Shown here: positions 8,235 through 18,323 of the stretch, in pieces
Layout of the letters: the number at the start of each line of letters is the position of its first letter
Position numbering within the stretch: the stretch's first letter is position 1
NCBI GenBank assembly: GCA_040772485.1
Contig: JAXGYC010000008.1
Location: 128,001-192,000, forward strand
Length of the DNA stretch: 64,000 nt
Source of the DNA: Sedimentisphaerales bacterium
GTDB lineage: Bacteria > Planctomycetota > Phycisphaerae > Sedimentisphaerales > Anaerobacaceae
Direction of reading: 5' to 3'
Notes under the pieces: generated by a model
Database searches by the model: none
Told to the model about the DNA's origin: nothing
What the model saw: the letters and a program-made list of their open reading frames with translations, nothing else
Translations under genes and position numbers: made by a program

Positions 8235-9089
8235 CTATTGCAGGGCCCCGGCCGGGATGTGTGCGGGGTTCGGGCCAGGCTCCGGCCGATGCATCTCCTG
8301 ATGGACGCCGGCGGACTGGTTGATCTGGTAGTAGCGGTCCACAACCGCCGCCAGACGCGACAGCACCTCTCGGCCCTCGTCACTGGCCTCCAGACCCACG
8401 ATTTGCAGACCCAGGCACAACGCCGTCCGGTCGGCGGTCGGGAGCACGTTGCGGATCTGGGCGCTGAACATCAGAGGCGTCTCATAGGGCATCGGGGTGA
8501 ACCGCACCCCGATGAACTGCCCCTTGCGGAATTCGGACTCGGCCACCCCTGTAGCATCCGCACTTCCGGCCGCCTTCAGGGGAACGGTCAACTGGGCTCC
8601 GCCCGCGGAGATGTCCATCAGTCGGCCTTCGAAATACTCCTGCCCCGACCCTTTCGACTTCCGCTGGCTGGTTCGATGCCAGAGCACCACCTTGACCTTG
8701 AGCGATTCGGGTACGTTGACGCGGAAATAGCTGCGTCGCTGGACCACCCCGATGCGGTCGGGCGCCGCCAGGACGATGGTCCCGCCGGCCTCCGGATCGG
8801 ACGAGGGCTCCAGCGCTACGACGCTGGTATCAAAAACGAATTTGCCATAGGCGTGTTTGAAGTTCACGCCAACGGGCTGATCGACGCGGATGTTGATCGG
8901 GTGAGGCTTTCCCGAAGAGTGACAACCTTCGACGTAGAGCTTGCCGCCGGAAAGCTCGCGCATGACGACCTTCGCCACGTGCCACTTCTCCTTCGACAGG
9001 TAAGACATGATCGCCGGCGCGTGCTCGCCCGCCACCGTTTGAAGGACGGACTGGGATTCATGCCCTTCCAGCATGACGATTTCGCTCAT
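8235..9089 (-). CDS. YcgR-like PilZ-domain c-di-GMP-binding (flagellar brake) protein
   Basis: QRRSYFRV (RxxxR) and DISAGG (DxSxxG) PilZ motifs after a YcgR_N-like region. Confidence 0.85.
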   Translation of the reverse strand: MSEIVMLEGHESQSVLQTVAGEHAPAIMSYLSKEKWHVAKVVMRELSGGKLYVEGCHSSGKPHPINIRVDQPVGVNFKHAYGKFVFDTSVVALEPSSDPEAGGTIVLAAPDRIGVVQRRSYFRVNVPESLKVKVVLWHRTSQRKSKGSGQEYFEGRLMDISAGGAQLTVPLKAAGSADATGVAESEFRKGQFIGVRFTPMPYETPLMFSAQIRNVLPTADRTALCLGLQIVGLEASDEGREVLSRLAAVVDRYYQINQSAGVHQEMHRPEPGPNPAHIPAGALQ

Positions 9090-9276
9090 ATGAGCCTCCC
9101 GAATATACGTCTAAAGTTGGCGCTCTTGCGGGGGCTCGAACGCCGCTCGGCTCCCTGGTCCGCAGCGACGACCGAACACTATCCCTGCCCCGCCCTCCCT
9201 TCGGCACAACCGACCCCATCGGCTCGGTGTATTCCGGACAGGACGGCGGGCTGAGGCCCTCTTAAAACATAGATAA

Positions 9277-9304
9277 TAATCGGCTATCGACAAGACCGGC
9301 CTTA
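9277..9304 (-). promoter_or_regulatory. Putative sigma28 promoter for the PilZ gene
   Basis: Minus strand TAAG-N16-GCCGATTA. Confidence 0.6.
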
Positions 9305-9629
9305 GGCGAAATCCCGTCACGGTCAAGATCGCTCGCGCCGGCGTGATCTGAACCGCCTGGCGGACGGCAAGGCGGACACAAGCCCGATAATCCGGGCGAT
9401 CGCAGGCCTGAAGAAACGCTTCGGCACTGGGCATCGCATCCGCTGTTGCCCGCCCACGACTCACCGTCGTGTGCGCCGATACGGATGGCCTTCCATAGAA
9501 AGGTCCCGCCGGAGTGCTCCGGCCAGAATCGGGCGAATCCCACAAAGCGATTGAAAAGGCTGTCGGCACAGACTATTCTACGGCGTGGCTGATCGCGGCG
9601 ATCACCGACACCGCGTTGGGGAAATCGAC

Positions 9630-10583
9630 ATGCAGAAACGCAAACTGGGCGATACCGATATGCCGTTGACCACCGTCGGCCTGGGCACGTGGGCGATGGG
9701 CGGTCCGTGGCAGTTCGGCTGGGGCCCGCAGGACGATGAAGAGGCCCTGGCCGCGATCCTGGCGGCGCTCGATCGAGGCATCAACTGGATCGACACGGCT
9801 CCCGCCTATGGCCTTGGCCATTCGGAAGAGTTGGTCGGTCAGGCGCTGCGACAGACGAAGCACAGGCCTTACATCGCCACGAAGTGCGGCCTGCTCTGGA
9901 ACGACAGAAAGGAGAAGGTCCCCTGCCTGAGGCCCGAGAGCATCCGGCAGGAGTGCCACGCCAGCCTTAAACGCATGGGCATCGAGACCATCGATTTGTA
10001 CCAGATGCACTGGCCAGATCCCGACGAGGAGATCGAACGGGCCTGGGAGGAGATGGCCCGCCTGGTCGATGAGGGCAAGGTCCGCTACATCGGCGTCTCC
10101 AACTACAACGTCGCTCAGCTCGAACGCATCCGCCGAATCCATCCGCCTGCATCGTTGCAGCCGCCCTACAGTATGCTCCACCGGGAGGCGGAGGAAGAGT
10201 TGCTGCCCTACTGCGCGCAGCATCACATGGGCGTCGTGGTGTACAGCCCCATGCAGCGAGGACTGCTCACGGGCAAGTTCAGCCACGAAAGGCTCGCGGC
10301 CCTGGCGCCCGACGACCATCGCAGGCGACATCCCGACTTCCGGGAGCCTCGGTTCAGCGCGACGCTGGAGCTGGTGGAGCAACTGAAGAAGATCGCCCGG
10401 CGCCACAGACGGACCTGTTCACAACTGGCGATCAGTTGGGTGCTGCGACGCCGGGAGGTCACCGCCGCGATCGTCGGCGCGCGACGGCCCGACCAGATCG
10501 AGGAAACCGTGCAGGCCTCCGGCTGGAACCTCCGCGAAGACGACGTCGAAGAGATCGAGCGGCTCCTCGCCGAAAAGCTATAG
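9630..10583 (+). CDS. Aldo/keto reductase
   Basis: [38 protein letters not shown] and YSPM..GLL. Confidence 0.95.
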   Translation: MQKRKLGDTDMPLTTVGLGTWAMGGPWQFGWGPQDDEEALAAILAALDRGINWIDTAPAYGLGHSEELVGQALRQTKHRPYIATKCGLLWNDRKEKVPCLRPESIRQECHASLKRMGIETIDLYQMHWPDPDEEIERAWEEMARLVDEGKVRYIGVSNYNVAQLERIRRIHPPASLQPPYSMLHREAEEELLPYCAQHHMGVVVYSPMQRGLLTGKFSHERLAALAPDDHRRRHPDFREPRFSATLELVEQLKKIARRHRRTCSQLAISWVLRRREVTAAIVGARRPDQIEETVQASGWNLREDDVEEIERLLAEKL

Positions 10584-10627
10584 GTCCTGTCGGTCGAATA
10601 GGCCCTGCGATTGGGAGAAGGAAGGAA

Positions 10628-12061
10628 ATGGCAACAGAGAAGACGTGTTACACCAGTCCACTGGTCGAACGGAATGCGTCGCCCGAGATGGCGGCCCTCT
10701 TCGGCGCGCAGAAGAAGTTCAGCACGTGGCGCCGGCTCTGGCTCGAACTGGCCAGGGCCCAGAAGAAGCTCGGTCTGGACATCAGGAAGAACCAGATCGA
10801 TCAGATGGCCCGCCACCTGGACGACATCGATTTCGCGAAGGCCGCCCGGTATGAGAAGGAGCTGCGCCACGACGTGATGGCCCACATCCGCACGTTTGGC
10901 GACGCAGCGCCGAAGGCGGCGCCGATCATCCACCTTGGCGCCACGAGTTGTTACGTCGGGGACAACACCGATCTGATCATCATGCGAGAGGCGCTGCACA
11001 TGGTCGCAGGCAAGCTGGCTTCGGTGATCGACCTGCTCGGCCGGTTTGCAGAGAAACACCGCGCGATGGCCACGCTGGGGTTTACGCACTTCCAGCCGGC
11101 CCAGTTGACGACGGTCGGCAAGCGCGCGACGCTCTGGTGTCAGGAGTTCACGATGGACCTCCAGGAGGTCGAGTACCGCATCGAGAACCTGCCGTTCCGC
11201 GGCGTCAAGGGCACGACCGGGACGCAAGCATCGTTCCTGGCGCTGTTTGAAGGCCGGCACAACAAGGTCAAGCAGCTCGACAAGGACGTCGCGACGGCGT
11301 TCGGCTTCAAGAAGCTCTGTCCCGTCACCGGCCAGACCTACTCGCGCAAGATCGACATGCTCGTGGTCAACGCGCTGGCCTCGATCGCCCAATCGGCCCA
11401 CAAGGTCTGCAACGACATCCGCCTGCTGGCGAACCTCAAGGAGATGGAGGAACCGTTTGAGAAATCGCAGGTCGGCTCGTCTGCGATGGCCTACAAGCGA
11501 AACCCGATGCGGTGCGAACGCGTCACGTCGTTGAGCCGGCTCGTGCTGAGCCTGGCGACCAGTCCCGCGATGACCGCATCGGAGCAGTGGTTCGAGCGGA
11601 CGCTGGACGACTCGGCCAATCGGCGCGTCGTGCTGCCCGAGGCATTTCTGGCGGTCGACGGAATTCTCCAGATCCTGATCAACGTCTTCGACGGCCTGGT
11701 GGTGTATCCGCAGGTGATCGAAGCCCATGTCGAAGCCGAGCTGCCGTTCATGGCCACCGAGAACATCCTCATGGCGGCCGTCAAGGCCGGCGGCGACCGG
11801 CAGGAGCTGCACGAGAAAATCCGCCTGCACTCCCAGGCCGCCGCCGCTCAGGTCAAGACCTTCGGTAGACCCAACGACCTGATCGGCCGGCTCCGGGCCG
11901 ACATCGCCTTCGCCAGTATCGACTTCGAGAAGGTGCTCGACCCCCAGGCCTACGTCGGACGCGCGCCCCAGCAGGTGGACGAATTTATCAAAACCATCGT
12001 CGCCCCCGTCCGCAAACGATACAGCAGGCAGCTCAACCGCCGCGTTGAACTCAACGTCTAA
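10628..12061 (+). CDS. purB: Adenylosuccinate lyase
   Basis: [21 protein letters not shown] and the [11 protein letters not shown] signature. Confidence 0.97.
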   Translation: MATEKTCYTSPLVERNASPEMAALFGAQKKFSTWRRLWLELARAQKKLGLDIRKNQIDQMARHLDDIDFAKAARYEKELRHDVMAHIRTFGDAAPKAAPIIHLGATSCYVGDNTDLIIMREALHMVAGKLASVIDLLGRFAEKHRAMATLGFTHFQPAQLTTVGKRATLWCQEFTMDLQEVEYRIENLPFRGVKGTTGTQASFLALFEGRHNKVKQLDKDVATAFGFKKLCPVTGQTYSRKIDMLVVNALASIAQSAHKVCNDIRLLANLKEMEEPFEKSQVGSSAMAYKRNPMRCERVTSLSRLVLSLATSPAMTASEQWFERTLDDSANRRVVLPEAFLAVDGILQILINVFDGLVVYPQVIEAHVEAELPFMATENILMAAVKAGGDRQELHEKIRLHSQAAAAQVKTFGRPNDLIGRLRADIAFASIDFEKVLDPQAYVGRAPQQVDEFIKTIVAPVRKRYSRQLNRRVELNV

Positions 12062-12075
12062 GGAGATGGCTTCAC

Positions 12076-12600
12076 GTGAATAGAAAAGAACTGATTCAAC
12101 GGATCAAAGAGACGGCGTATCTCGAAGGGGACTTCACGCTTCGCAGCGGCAAGAAGAGCAAGTACTACCTCGACAAGTACCTCTTCGAGACCTGTCCGGA
12201 CATTCTCAAGGCTCTGGGGGCCGAGTTCGCCAAGCACATGACCGACGACGTGACGCTCATCGCCGGCGCCGAGCTGGGCGGCGTAGCGCTGGCGGCGGCC
12301 ACCGCCATGAAGACCGGCAAGAACTGGGTGATCATCCGCAACAGCAAAAAGGGCTACGGCACCGGCAAGATGGTCGAGGGCGTTTTGAAGGCGGGCGACG
12401 TCGTGCTGCTGGTCGAGGACATCGCCACCACCGGCGGCCAAGTTCTTGAAGCGGCCAAGATCATCACGGACGCCGGAGCGACGGTCACGAGGATCGTCGC
12501 CGTCATCGACCGCAAACAGGGCGCCGAGGAGAACATCACCGGCGCCGGCTACGTCTTCGAGTCGATCCTGACCAAGCACGACCTGGGGATCACGGACTGA
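12076..12600 (+). CDS. pyrE: Orotate phosphoribosyltransferase
   Basis: GDFTLRSGKKSKYYLD, RNSKKGYG and the VEDIATTGG PRPP motif. Confidence 0.93.
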   Translation: MNRKELIQRIKETAYLEGDFTLRSGKKSKYYLDKYLFETCPDILKALGAEFAKHMTDDVTLIAGAELGGVALAAATAMKTGKNWVIIRNSKKGYGTGKMVEGVLKAGDVVLLVEDIATTGGQVLEAAKIITDAGATVTRIVAVIDRKQGAEENITGAGYVFESILTKHDLGITD

Positions 12601-12745
12601 GGGTCTGAGGCTCCAAAGCCGTTGACGGCCCTTCCAGCCTGACCCAATACCCATCCGAGCGTGCGGCTGAGGGCACCTCAAAGCTTGTGCCTGCGCTCAT
12701 CGCGACCAAAGCAGAAGAATTTTTCGCGAATCTCGGTAATTTGCA

Positions 12746-12774
12746 TTGACAGCTACCTTGCAATGCCCTATAGT
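12746..12774 (+). promoter_or_regulatory. sigma70 promoter giving a leaderless padR transcript
   Basis: TTGACA-N17-TATAGT, 7 nt before ATG 12782; no SD. Confidence 0.7.
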
Positions 12775-12781
12775 GCATCGC

Positions 12782-13123
12782 ATGGATGACCGATTCTTCG
12801 ACAACTGGTCCACGCAGTTACGCAAGGGCATGTTGGAGCTGTGCATACTCAACGCCATCGACGGCACGCGTCTGTACGGCTACGACATCGTGCGCCAACT
12901 CCGCGAGATTGACGCCCTGGTGATCAGCGAGGGCACCGTCTATCCGATCCTGAGTCGACTGCGCCGGGAGGGGTTTGTCGAGACGACCATCGAGGAGTCG
13001 GCGGAAGGTCCCGCGCGAAAGTACTACACACTTTCCGAGAAGGGCAGAGGCATTCTGGTCCGCATGAACGACTGTTGGGCGAAAATGAAGACGGGAGCAG
13101 ACGGATTGAAACGAGAGGAATGA
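12782..13123 (+). CDS. PadR-family transcriptional regulator
   Basis: QLRKGMLELCIL, YGYDI, EGTVYPILSRL and GPARKYY. Confidence 0.95.
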   Translation: MDDRFFDNWSTQLRKGMLELCILNAIDGTRLYGYDIVRQLREIDALVISEGTVYPILSRLRREGFVETTIEESAEGPARKYYTLSEKGRGILVRMNDCWAKMKTGADGLKREE

Positions 13124-13905
13124 CAATGGTCGAGCTCAGTGAGAGTGCCAGAAAGGGTCTGGACGACTACCTGCGCCAGGTCCGAACGTATCTGCGATGG
13201 TCAAGATCTCTGGACCGCGACGAAGTCGAGCAGAACATCGCGGCGCATATCGAGCGGGAACTCGAAGGCACGCCCCAACCTGTCTCGTCCAGCGCCCTTG
13301 AGGGTGTGCTGGCACGTCTCGGCAGTCCGAGGCAGTGGGTACCGCCTGAGGCGCTCGGCTGGTGGGCCAAGCTGATACTCAAACTCCGCACGGATTCCGA
13401 AGACTGGCGTCTCGCCTATATCTCCTTTGCCCTCCTGCTGGCAGGATTCCTGCTATTCCTGGCCAGTCCGCTCCTGCTGGTCTTCATTGCCGCCAGTTTC
13501 ATCACTTCGCGTGCCGCCCTGGCGGCGGCCGGTGACGAGAACCTCGGCGCCCAGAAATGGCTGCTTTATCCCGCTCTGGTCATCGGCTCGGCAATCCTCG
13601 CCACCGCCGTTCTGTGCGGCCCCGGATTGCTCGCCGGGACCGCTGGCGCTGAGCTGTACCAACTCGCCAGGATGCGCCACTACAGCGATATGGACATCGT
13701 CGAGTTCGTCATCATCTCAGCAACCCTGATCACAGGTCTCTGGTGGGTGGTCTCGGGTCTGACGCTGTGCAAACGGCCCGCACTGGCGCGCGGCCCCCTG
13801 CGTCCCTTTGCCGACCGGTTCAACCGTCACCATGCCCTGGCCCTCTTCGGCGCCGGCGTTCTGCTCCTTATCCTGCTCGCCGGCTACATCGCTTCCTTAT
13901 GGTGA
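13120..13905 (+). CDS. HAAS-like domain membrane protein (PadR partner)
   Basis: DDYLRQVR..EVEQNIAAHIEREL..VLARLGSP followed by about 5 TMs; ATGA overlap with padR. Confidence 0.7.
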   Translation: MTMVELSESARKGLDDYLRQVRTYLRWSRSLDRDEVEQNIAAHIERELEGTPQPVSSSALEGVLARLGSPRQWVPPEALGWWAKLILKLRTDSEDWRLAYISFALLLAGFLLFLASPLLLVFIAASFITSRAALAAAGDENLGAQKWLLYPALVIGSAILATAVLCGPGLLAGTAGAELYQLARMRHYSDMDIVEFVIISATLITGLWWVVSGLTLCKRPALARGPLRPFADRFNRHHALALFGAGVLLLILLAGYIASLW

Positions 13906-13946
13906 ACGACGCTTCCGCCATCTCCGTGGCGTAGCGAAAGGAGTCT

Positions 13947-14570
13947 CTACAGCTCCTCCGCCAAGCGGATGATGCGTCGCGCCGTGGTGTGTTTGCGCGC
14001 CGGCGGCAGTTCAAACCATTCGGAATTGGGCGTCTTGACGTAGACGGTGGAGGTTTCGGCGTTGATGGCGGCCGGGGCGTTGGCGACGATCATGTCGAGG
14101 CGCTTGTGGCGCATTTTGCGCTCCGCGTTGGCGCGCAGGTTGCGGTCTTCCAGGGCGAAGCCGACGACGATTTGCGAGGCGCTCTTGTGCCCTCCGGCCC
14201 ATCGGAGGATGTCGGGGGTCGGTTTGAGCTGTAGGGTGGGCCTTGGCCCACCTTGCCCCTTCTTGATCTTCGTTCTCGACGGACGCGCGGGCGTGAAGTC
14301 GGAGACGGCGGCCGCCATGACCAGGCAATCGCATCTCGGGAAGTGCTCTTTCACCGCCGCAAACATCTCACGCGCGCTCTCGACCGCAACGAGTTTGGCG
14401 CCCACCGGCGGCTTCAGCGTCGTCGGCGCGGTGATCAGGGTCACCTTATGGCCCGCTTTCATCGCCGCGGCCGCCAGGGCATAGCCCATCCGCCCGCTGC
14501 TGGCGTTGGAAATGAAGCGAACGGGGTCGATGTACTCGCGCGTACCACCGGCTGTGATGAGAAAACGCAT
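13947..14570 (-). CDS. coaB: Phosphopantothenate--cysteine ligase (stand-alone)
   Basis: ITAGGTREYIDPVRFISNASSGRMG, AAAVSDF, VGFALE and DMIVAN. Confidence 0.93.
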   Translation of the reverse strand: MRFLITAGGTREYIDPVRFISNASSGRMGYALAAAAMKAGHKVTLITAPTTLKPPVGAKLVAVESAREMFAAVKEHFPRCDCLVMAAAVSDFTPARPSRTKIKKGQGGPRPTLQLKPTPDILRWAGGHKSASQIVVGFALEDRNLRANAERKMRHKRLDMIVANAPAAINAETSTVYVKTPNSEWFELPPARKHTTARRIIRLAEEL

Positions 14571-14607
14571 GGACGACTCTCGTTCTTCTCCGTGGGTCGT
14601 GTCGGGC

Positions 14608-15162
14608 CTACGGATTCTTGCCCGCCAGCGCCTCGATGGCCGCGAGGATCTCACTCGGCTCAGCCATCCTTCCGGCACCCTCGGTCCCGCAGGCCAGGCG
14701 TCCCGTGCCCGGACCGACCATTTGATACCCCAGTTTCGCCAGCGTCTCGACGTTGGCCTGAACGATGGGGCTGGCCCACATCCGGCTGTTCATCGCGGGC
14801 GCCAACAGCGTCGGCTTTGCCCAACAGACGCACAGGGTCGTGCTCAGCAGGTCGTCACAGATGCCGTGGGCGACCTTGCCGATGATGTCGGCGGTCGCGG
14901 GCGCAACGACCACAAGATCCGCCCAGTCGGCCAGGGCGATGTGGGCGCTGCTGTGCTCATCCGCCGCGATCCAGAGCGTGGTGTACACCGGCGCGCGGGT
15001 CACGGCCTCGAAGCTCTTGGGCCCCACGAATTGGCAGGCCCCCTCGGTCATCACCGTCCGCACCGCCGCACCGGCCGCAGTCAGCTTGCTCGCCAGGTCC
15101 ACCACCTTGTAGGCGGCGATCCCTCCGGTGACCCCCAGCAGGATGTTGCGCTTCTCGGCCAT
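14608..15162 (-). CDS. coaC: Phosphopantothenoylcysteine decarboxylase (stand-alone)
   Basis: GVTGGIAAYK, HIALADWAD, APATAD, PAMN and LACGTEGAGRM. Confidence 0.93.
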   Translation of the reverse strand: MAEKRNILLGVTGGIAAYKVVDLASKLTAAGAAVRTVMTEGACQFVGPKSFEAVTRAPVYTTLWIAADEHSSAHIALADWADLVVVAPATADIIGKVAHGICDDLLSTTLCVCWAKPTLLAPAMNSRMWASPIVQANVETLAKLGYQMVGPGTGRLACGTEGAGRMAEPSEILAAIEALAGKNP

Positions 15163-15208
15163 ATGCATGCGGGGACGGGTCCGGTCTGTCCCGAACCCGA
15201 AAACAACC

Positions 15209-15454
15209 TTACAGCTTCAGCCTCCATTGGTCCGCGTCACTGCCCTTGCCCGGGCCCGTGCCTCCCTCAATCGCGATCTTGTCCTGGAGGATCTCCTGGG
15301 CCACGATCTCCAGCATGGTCAGCCCCGTCGCATCGTCAATCAGGGGGCGCGAACCCTGGAGCAGCTCGGCCATACGCTTCTGTACCAGAGCGGCCAGCTT
15401 GAACCGCCCTCCCACCTTGTTCACGACTTCTGCACTCTTGAGTTGATCCAGCAT
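15209..15454 (-). CDS. rpoZ: RNA polymerase omega subunit
   Basis: KVGGRFKLAALVQKR..EI; follows gmk. Confidence 0.85.
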   Translation of the reverse strand: MLDQLKSAEVVNKVGGRFKLAALVQKRMAELLQGSRPLIDDATGLTMLEIVAQEILQDKIAIEGGTGPGKGSDADQWRLKL

Positions 15455-16089
15455 CAGTGTTCTCCAACGGAACTGCCTCGTTGACGCGGCGACGCCCCGC
15501 CATCCAGGGCCTGCTCGATGATCTCGACCACGTCGCCGATGGCACGCTCCAAATCTTCATTGATGACCATATGGTCGTAGTGCTCCCGGGCCGAGGCGAT
15601 CTCGGCGCCGGCCTTGTCCAGGCGCTTGCGGATGACCTCGGCGCTGTCACGCCCCCGTCGCCCGATGCGATCGGCCAGTGCACTCTCATCGGGCGGCAGG
15701 ATGAAGATCATCACCGCGTCCGGATAGACCGCCTTGGCCTGTTTGCCCCCCTGAACGTCGATTTCGAGAACGACGCTTTGTCCGGCCTCCAGGGTCTCGT
15801 CCACCTTGTCCTTCGGCGTACCGTACAGGTTCCCGAACACATTCGCGTACTCCAGGAGCAGGCCCCGTTCGATCCGCTCGCGGAACTCCTGCTCGGAGAC
15901 GAACCAGTAATCGCGCCCGTTCTGCTCGTTCGGTCCGGGCGGGCGGGTCGTCAGCGACACGCTCAAATGCACGTTCTTCAGCCGCCGGAGCGCCTCCCGG
16001 CAGATGGTGCTCTTGCCCACGCCGGACGGACCGCTGATGACGATCACTCGGCCACGACGATTTCTCCGTTGGACGGCGTTGGTTCTCAT
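15454..16089 (-). CDS. gmk: Guanylate kinase
   Basis: SGPSGVGKST, SLTTRPP, YGTP and LEIDVQG; start approximate. Confidence 0.95.
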   Translation of the reverse strand: MRTNAVQRRNRRGRVIVISGPSGVGKSTICREALRRLKNVHLSVSLTTRPPGPNEQNGRDYWFVSEQEFRERIERGLLLEYANVFGNLYGTPKDKVDETLEAGQSVVLEIDVQGGKQAKAVYPDAVMIFILPPDESALADRIGRRGRDSAEVIRKRLDKAGAEIASAREHYDHMVINEDLERAIGDVVEIIEQALDGGASPRQRGSSVGEH

Positions 16090-16141
16090 AGTCACAGTCG
16101 AAGGCACAGGATCGACCGGCCCGGCCCGAATGCGTCACCCG

Positions 16142-17026
16142 TCATTCGACGTTCTGGATCTGCTCTTTCAGTCTCTCGATGAGACACTTCATATCGACGA
16201 CACGCCGGACGATCTCGGCGTCCGCCGCCTTGCTCGCCATCGTGTTGGCCTCCCGAAGCATCTCCTGACTCAGGAAGTCCAGCCGGCGACCGGCCTGGCC
16301 TTCCGTCTCGCAGATCTGACCGAACTGCTGCAAGTGCGCATCCAGCCGCGCGATCTCCTCCGAGATGTCCGAGCGATCCGCGAGAACCGCCACCTCGCGC
16401 GCCAGAGTCTCCTCATCCAGCTTCAGCTTCGCCTCGGCCAACAAGGCATCCACCCGCCTTCGCAACCGCCGGGCGTACTCGTTGATCACGCCGTCGCTCT
16501 TGAGCCGGATCGACTGCAACTCCTGCGCCATCGCCTGGCAGTTGCCCCTCAGATCCGCTTCGAGAAACCGTCCTTCCGCCTCGCGCATCTGCTGCAGCTT
16601 GCCGATCGCCTCTTTGGCAATGGCCAGCACCGTTTCGCGGACTCTCTGACTTTCTTCTTCATCGGGCACCACCGGACGGACGACACCGGGCAGGTTCAGA
16701 AGGCTGGCCAGATCGATCATTCCGCCGGCGCCGACGGACGCCCCGACGGCGTTCAGCCGTTCGACAATGGCCCGCAAGGCCGCCTCATCGATCTCGAAAA
16801 GGGCGTTGGCCGAGACCCCTTTGAGTCGAACCACGCAGTTGATCGTGCCCCGTGAGAGACTCTTGCGCAACAGCTTGTCGACGTCGTCCTCCAGAAAGGC
16901 GACGGCTTCGGGCAGCTTGATGATGGTCTTGAGATAGCGATTGTTCACCGCCTTGATCTCGACGGCATAACAAATCGCATCAAGCTGACCTTCGGCCGCT
17001 CCGTATCCGGTCATGCTGTTGAGCAT
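16142..17026 (-). CDS. yicC: YicC/YloC family endoribonuclease
   Basis: SMTGYG, VNNRYL, DISEEIARL, GRRLDFLSQEMLREANT and EQIQNVE. Confidence 0.95.
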   Translation of the reverse strand: MLNSMTGYGAAEGQLDAICYAVEIKAVNNRYLKTIIKLPEAVAFLEDDVDKLLRKSLSRGTINCVVRLKGVSANALFEIDEAALRAIVERLNAVGASVGAGGMIDLASLLNLPGVVRPVVPDEEESQRVRETVLAIAKEAIGKLQQMREAEGRFLEADLRGNCQAMAQELQSIRLKSDGVINEYARRLRRRVDALLAEAKLKLDEETLAREVAVLADRSDISEEIARLDAHLQQFGQICETEGQAGRRLDFLSQEMLREANTMASKAADAEIVRRVVDMKCLIERLKEQIQNVE

Positions 17027-17061
17027 AGTCTGATGCCTTCCGAAAGACCCCGCCGCGTCGG

Positions 17062-17457
17062 CTACAGGCCCGCTCCGTTGGCGTCCGCACTCGTGCCGGC
17101 GCCGCCCTGCGGGGCCGGCTCAGGGACGGCCGGGCTCGGCGTCTCTGTAGTCGGCTGCTGCGCGGTCACTGCCGGCGGGGTGCCGTAGTCGCCGATCTCC
17201 GGTTTGTAGAGCTTGCCCAGCACCACGGCCAGCAGCAGGAAGACCGCCACCAGGACAATCGTCACCCAAGTCAGGAAGTCGCCGGTCTTCGAGCCCAGCA
17301 GACCGCCGGCCATGCCGCCCCCGAAGGCCGCGGTCAGACCGCCCCCACGACCCTTCTGGATCAGAATCACCAGAATCAGCACAATCGCCACGAGGACGAA
17401 CAGCACGGCCACCAGCTTCATCAGAATGCCCACTGCCAGTATCGGTAAAACAGTCAT
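17062..17457 (-). CDS. secG: Preprotein translocase subunit SecG
   Basis: ILIQKGRGGGLTAAFGG, two TMs, downstream of tpiA. Confidence 0.9.
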   Translation of the reverse strand: MTVLPILAVGILMKLVAVLFVLVAIVLILVILIQKGRGGGLTAAFGGGMAGGLLGSKTGDFLTWVTIVLVAVFLLLAVVLGKLYKPEIGDYGTPPAVTAQQPTTETPSPAVPEPAPQGGAGTSADANGAGL

Positions 17458-17534
17458 ATTCGTGCCCCAAACACACATCATTCAATCGTCTTGTCTCTCG
17501 ATCTCGGTCGCGCTTCGGCCGGCGTGCGGGCCTC

Positions 17535-18296
17535 TCAGGCGGCCGCCTCGATGATCTGCACAAAATCGTCGGCCTTCAGACTGGCGCCGCCGACCAGGCA
17601 ACCGTCCACGTCGGGCTGCCCCATCAATTCCTCGGCGTTGTCCGCCTTGACCGATCCGCCGTAGAGGATCCGCATGTCCTGGGCCACCGACTTGTCGTAC
17701 ATCCGGGCCAGCAGCTTGCGGATGAATGCATGGACCTCCTGCGCCTGCTCCCGGGTGGCCGTCCGTCCCGTACCGATGGCCCAGACCGGCTCGTAGGCGA
17801 TCGTGACCGCCCCGATCTTCTCGGCGCTGAGACCGGCCAGTCCGGCCCGCGTTTGTCGCTCCACGACCTGCTCGGTCTGCGAGGCGTCGCGCTCGGCGAG
17901 CAGTTCGCCCACGCACAGAATCGGCAGCAGGCCGCCGGAGATCGACGCGGCCACCTTCTTATTGATCAGCTCGTCGCTCTCCCCGAGCACGTGCCGGCGC
18001 TCCGAGTGCCCGCAAAGAACATAGGTGCAGCCGACGTCCTTCAGCATGGCCGCGCTGATCTCGCCGGTGAAGGCGCCCTTGGCCTCGAAGTAGACATCCT
18101 GCGCGCCGAGCGCCACGCCCGACGAGCTGACGGCCGCTCCGACCGCCGGCAGGTATACGAAAGGCGGAATCACTGCCACGTCCACACTGCTGCCGGCCAG
18201 TCCCGAGCAACCCTCGACAACGGCCTTGGCCAACGCCACGCCCGAATGGCTGTCCGTGTTCATTTTCCAGTTACCGGCGACAAACGGCTTTCTCAT
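17535..18296 (-). CDS. tpiA: Triosephosphate isomerase
   Basis: AGNWKMN, GHSERR, AYEPVWAIGTG, YGGSV and LVGGASL. Confidence 0.98.
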   Translation of the reverse strand: MRKPFVAGNWKMNTDSHSGVALAKAVVEGCSGLAGSSVDVAVIPPFVYLPAVGAAVSSSGVALGAQDVYFEAKGAFTGEISAAMLKDVGCTYVLCGHSERRHVLGESDELINKKVAASISGGLLPILCVGELLAERDASQTEQVVERQTRAGLAGLSAEKIGAVTIAYEPVWAIGTGRTATREQAQEVHAFIRKLLARMYDKSVAQDMRILYGGSVKADNAEELMGQPDVDGCLVGGASLKADDFVQIIEAAA

Positions 18297-18323
18297 GATG
18301 CTCTCCTATAGTGGCCCTGACTG

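Noticed and set aside
9090..9276. c-di-GMP riboswitch in the PilZ leader
   Set aside because: No class I or II consensus was recognisable by eye; an Rfam/Infernal scan would be needed.
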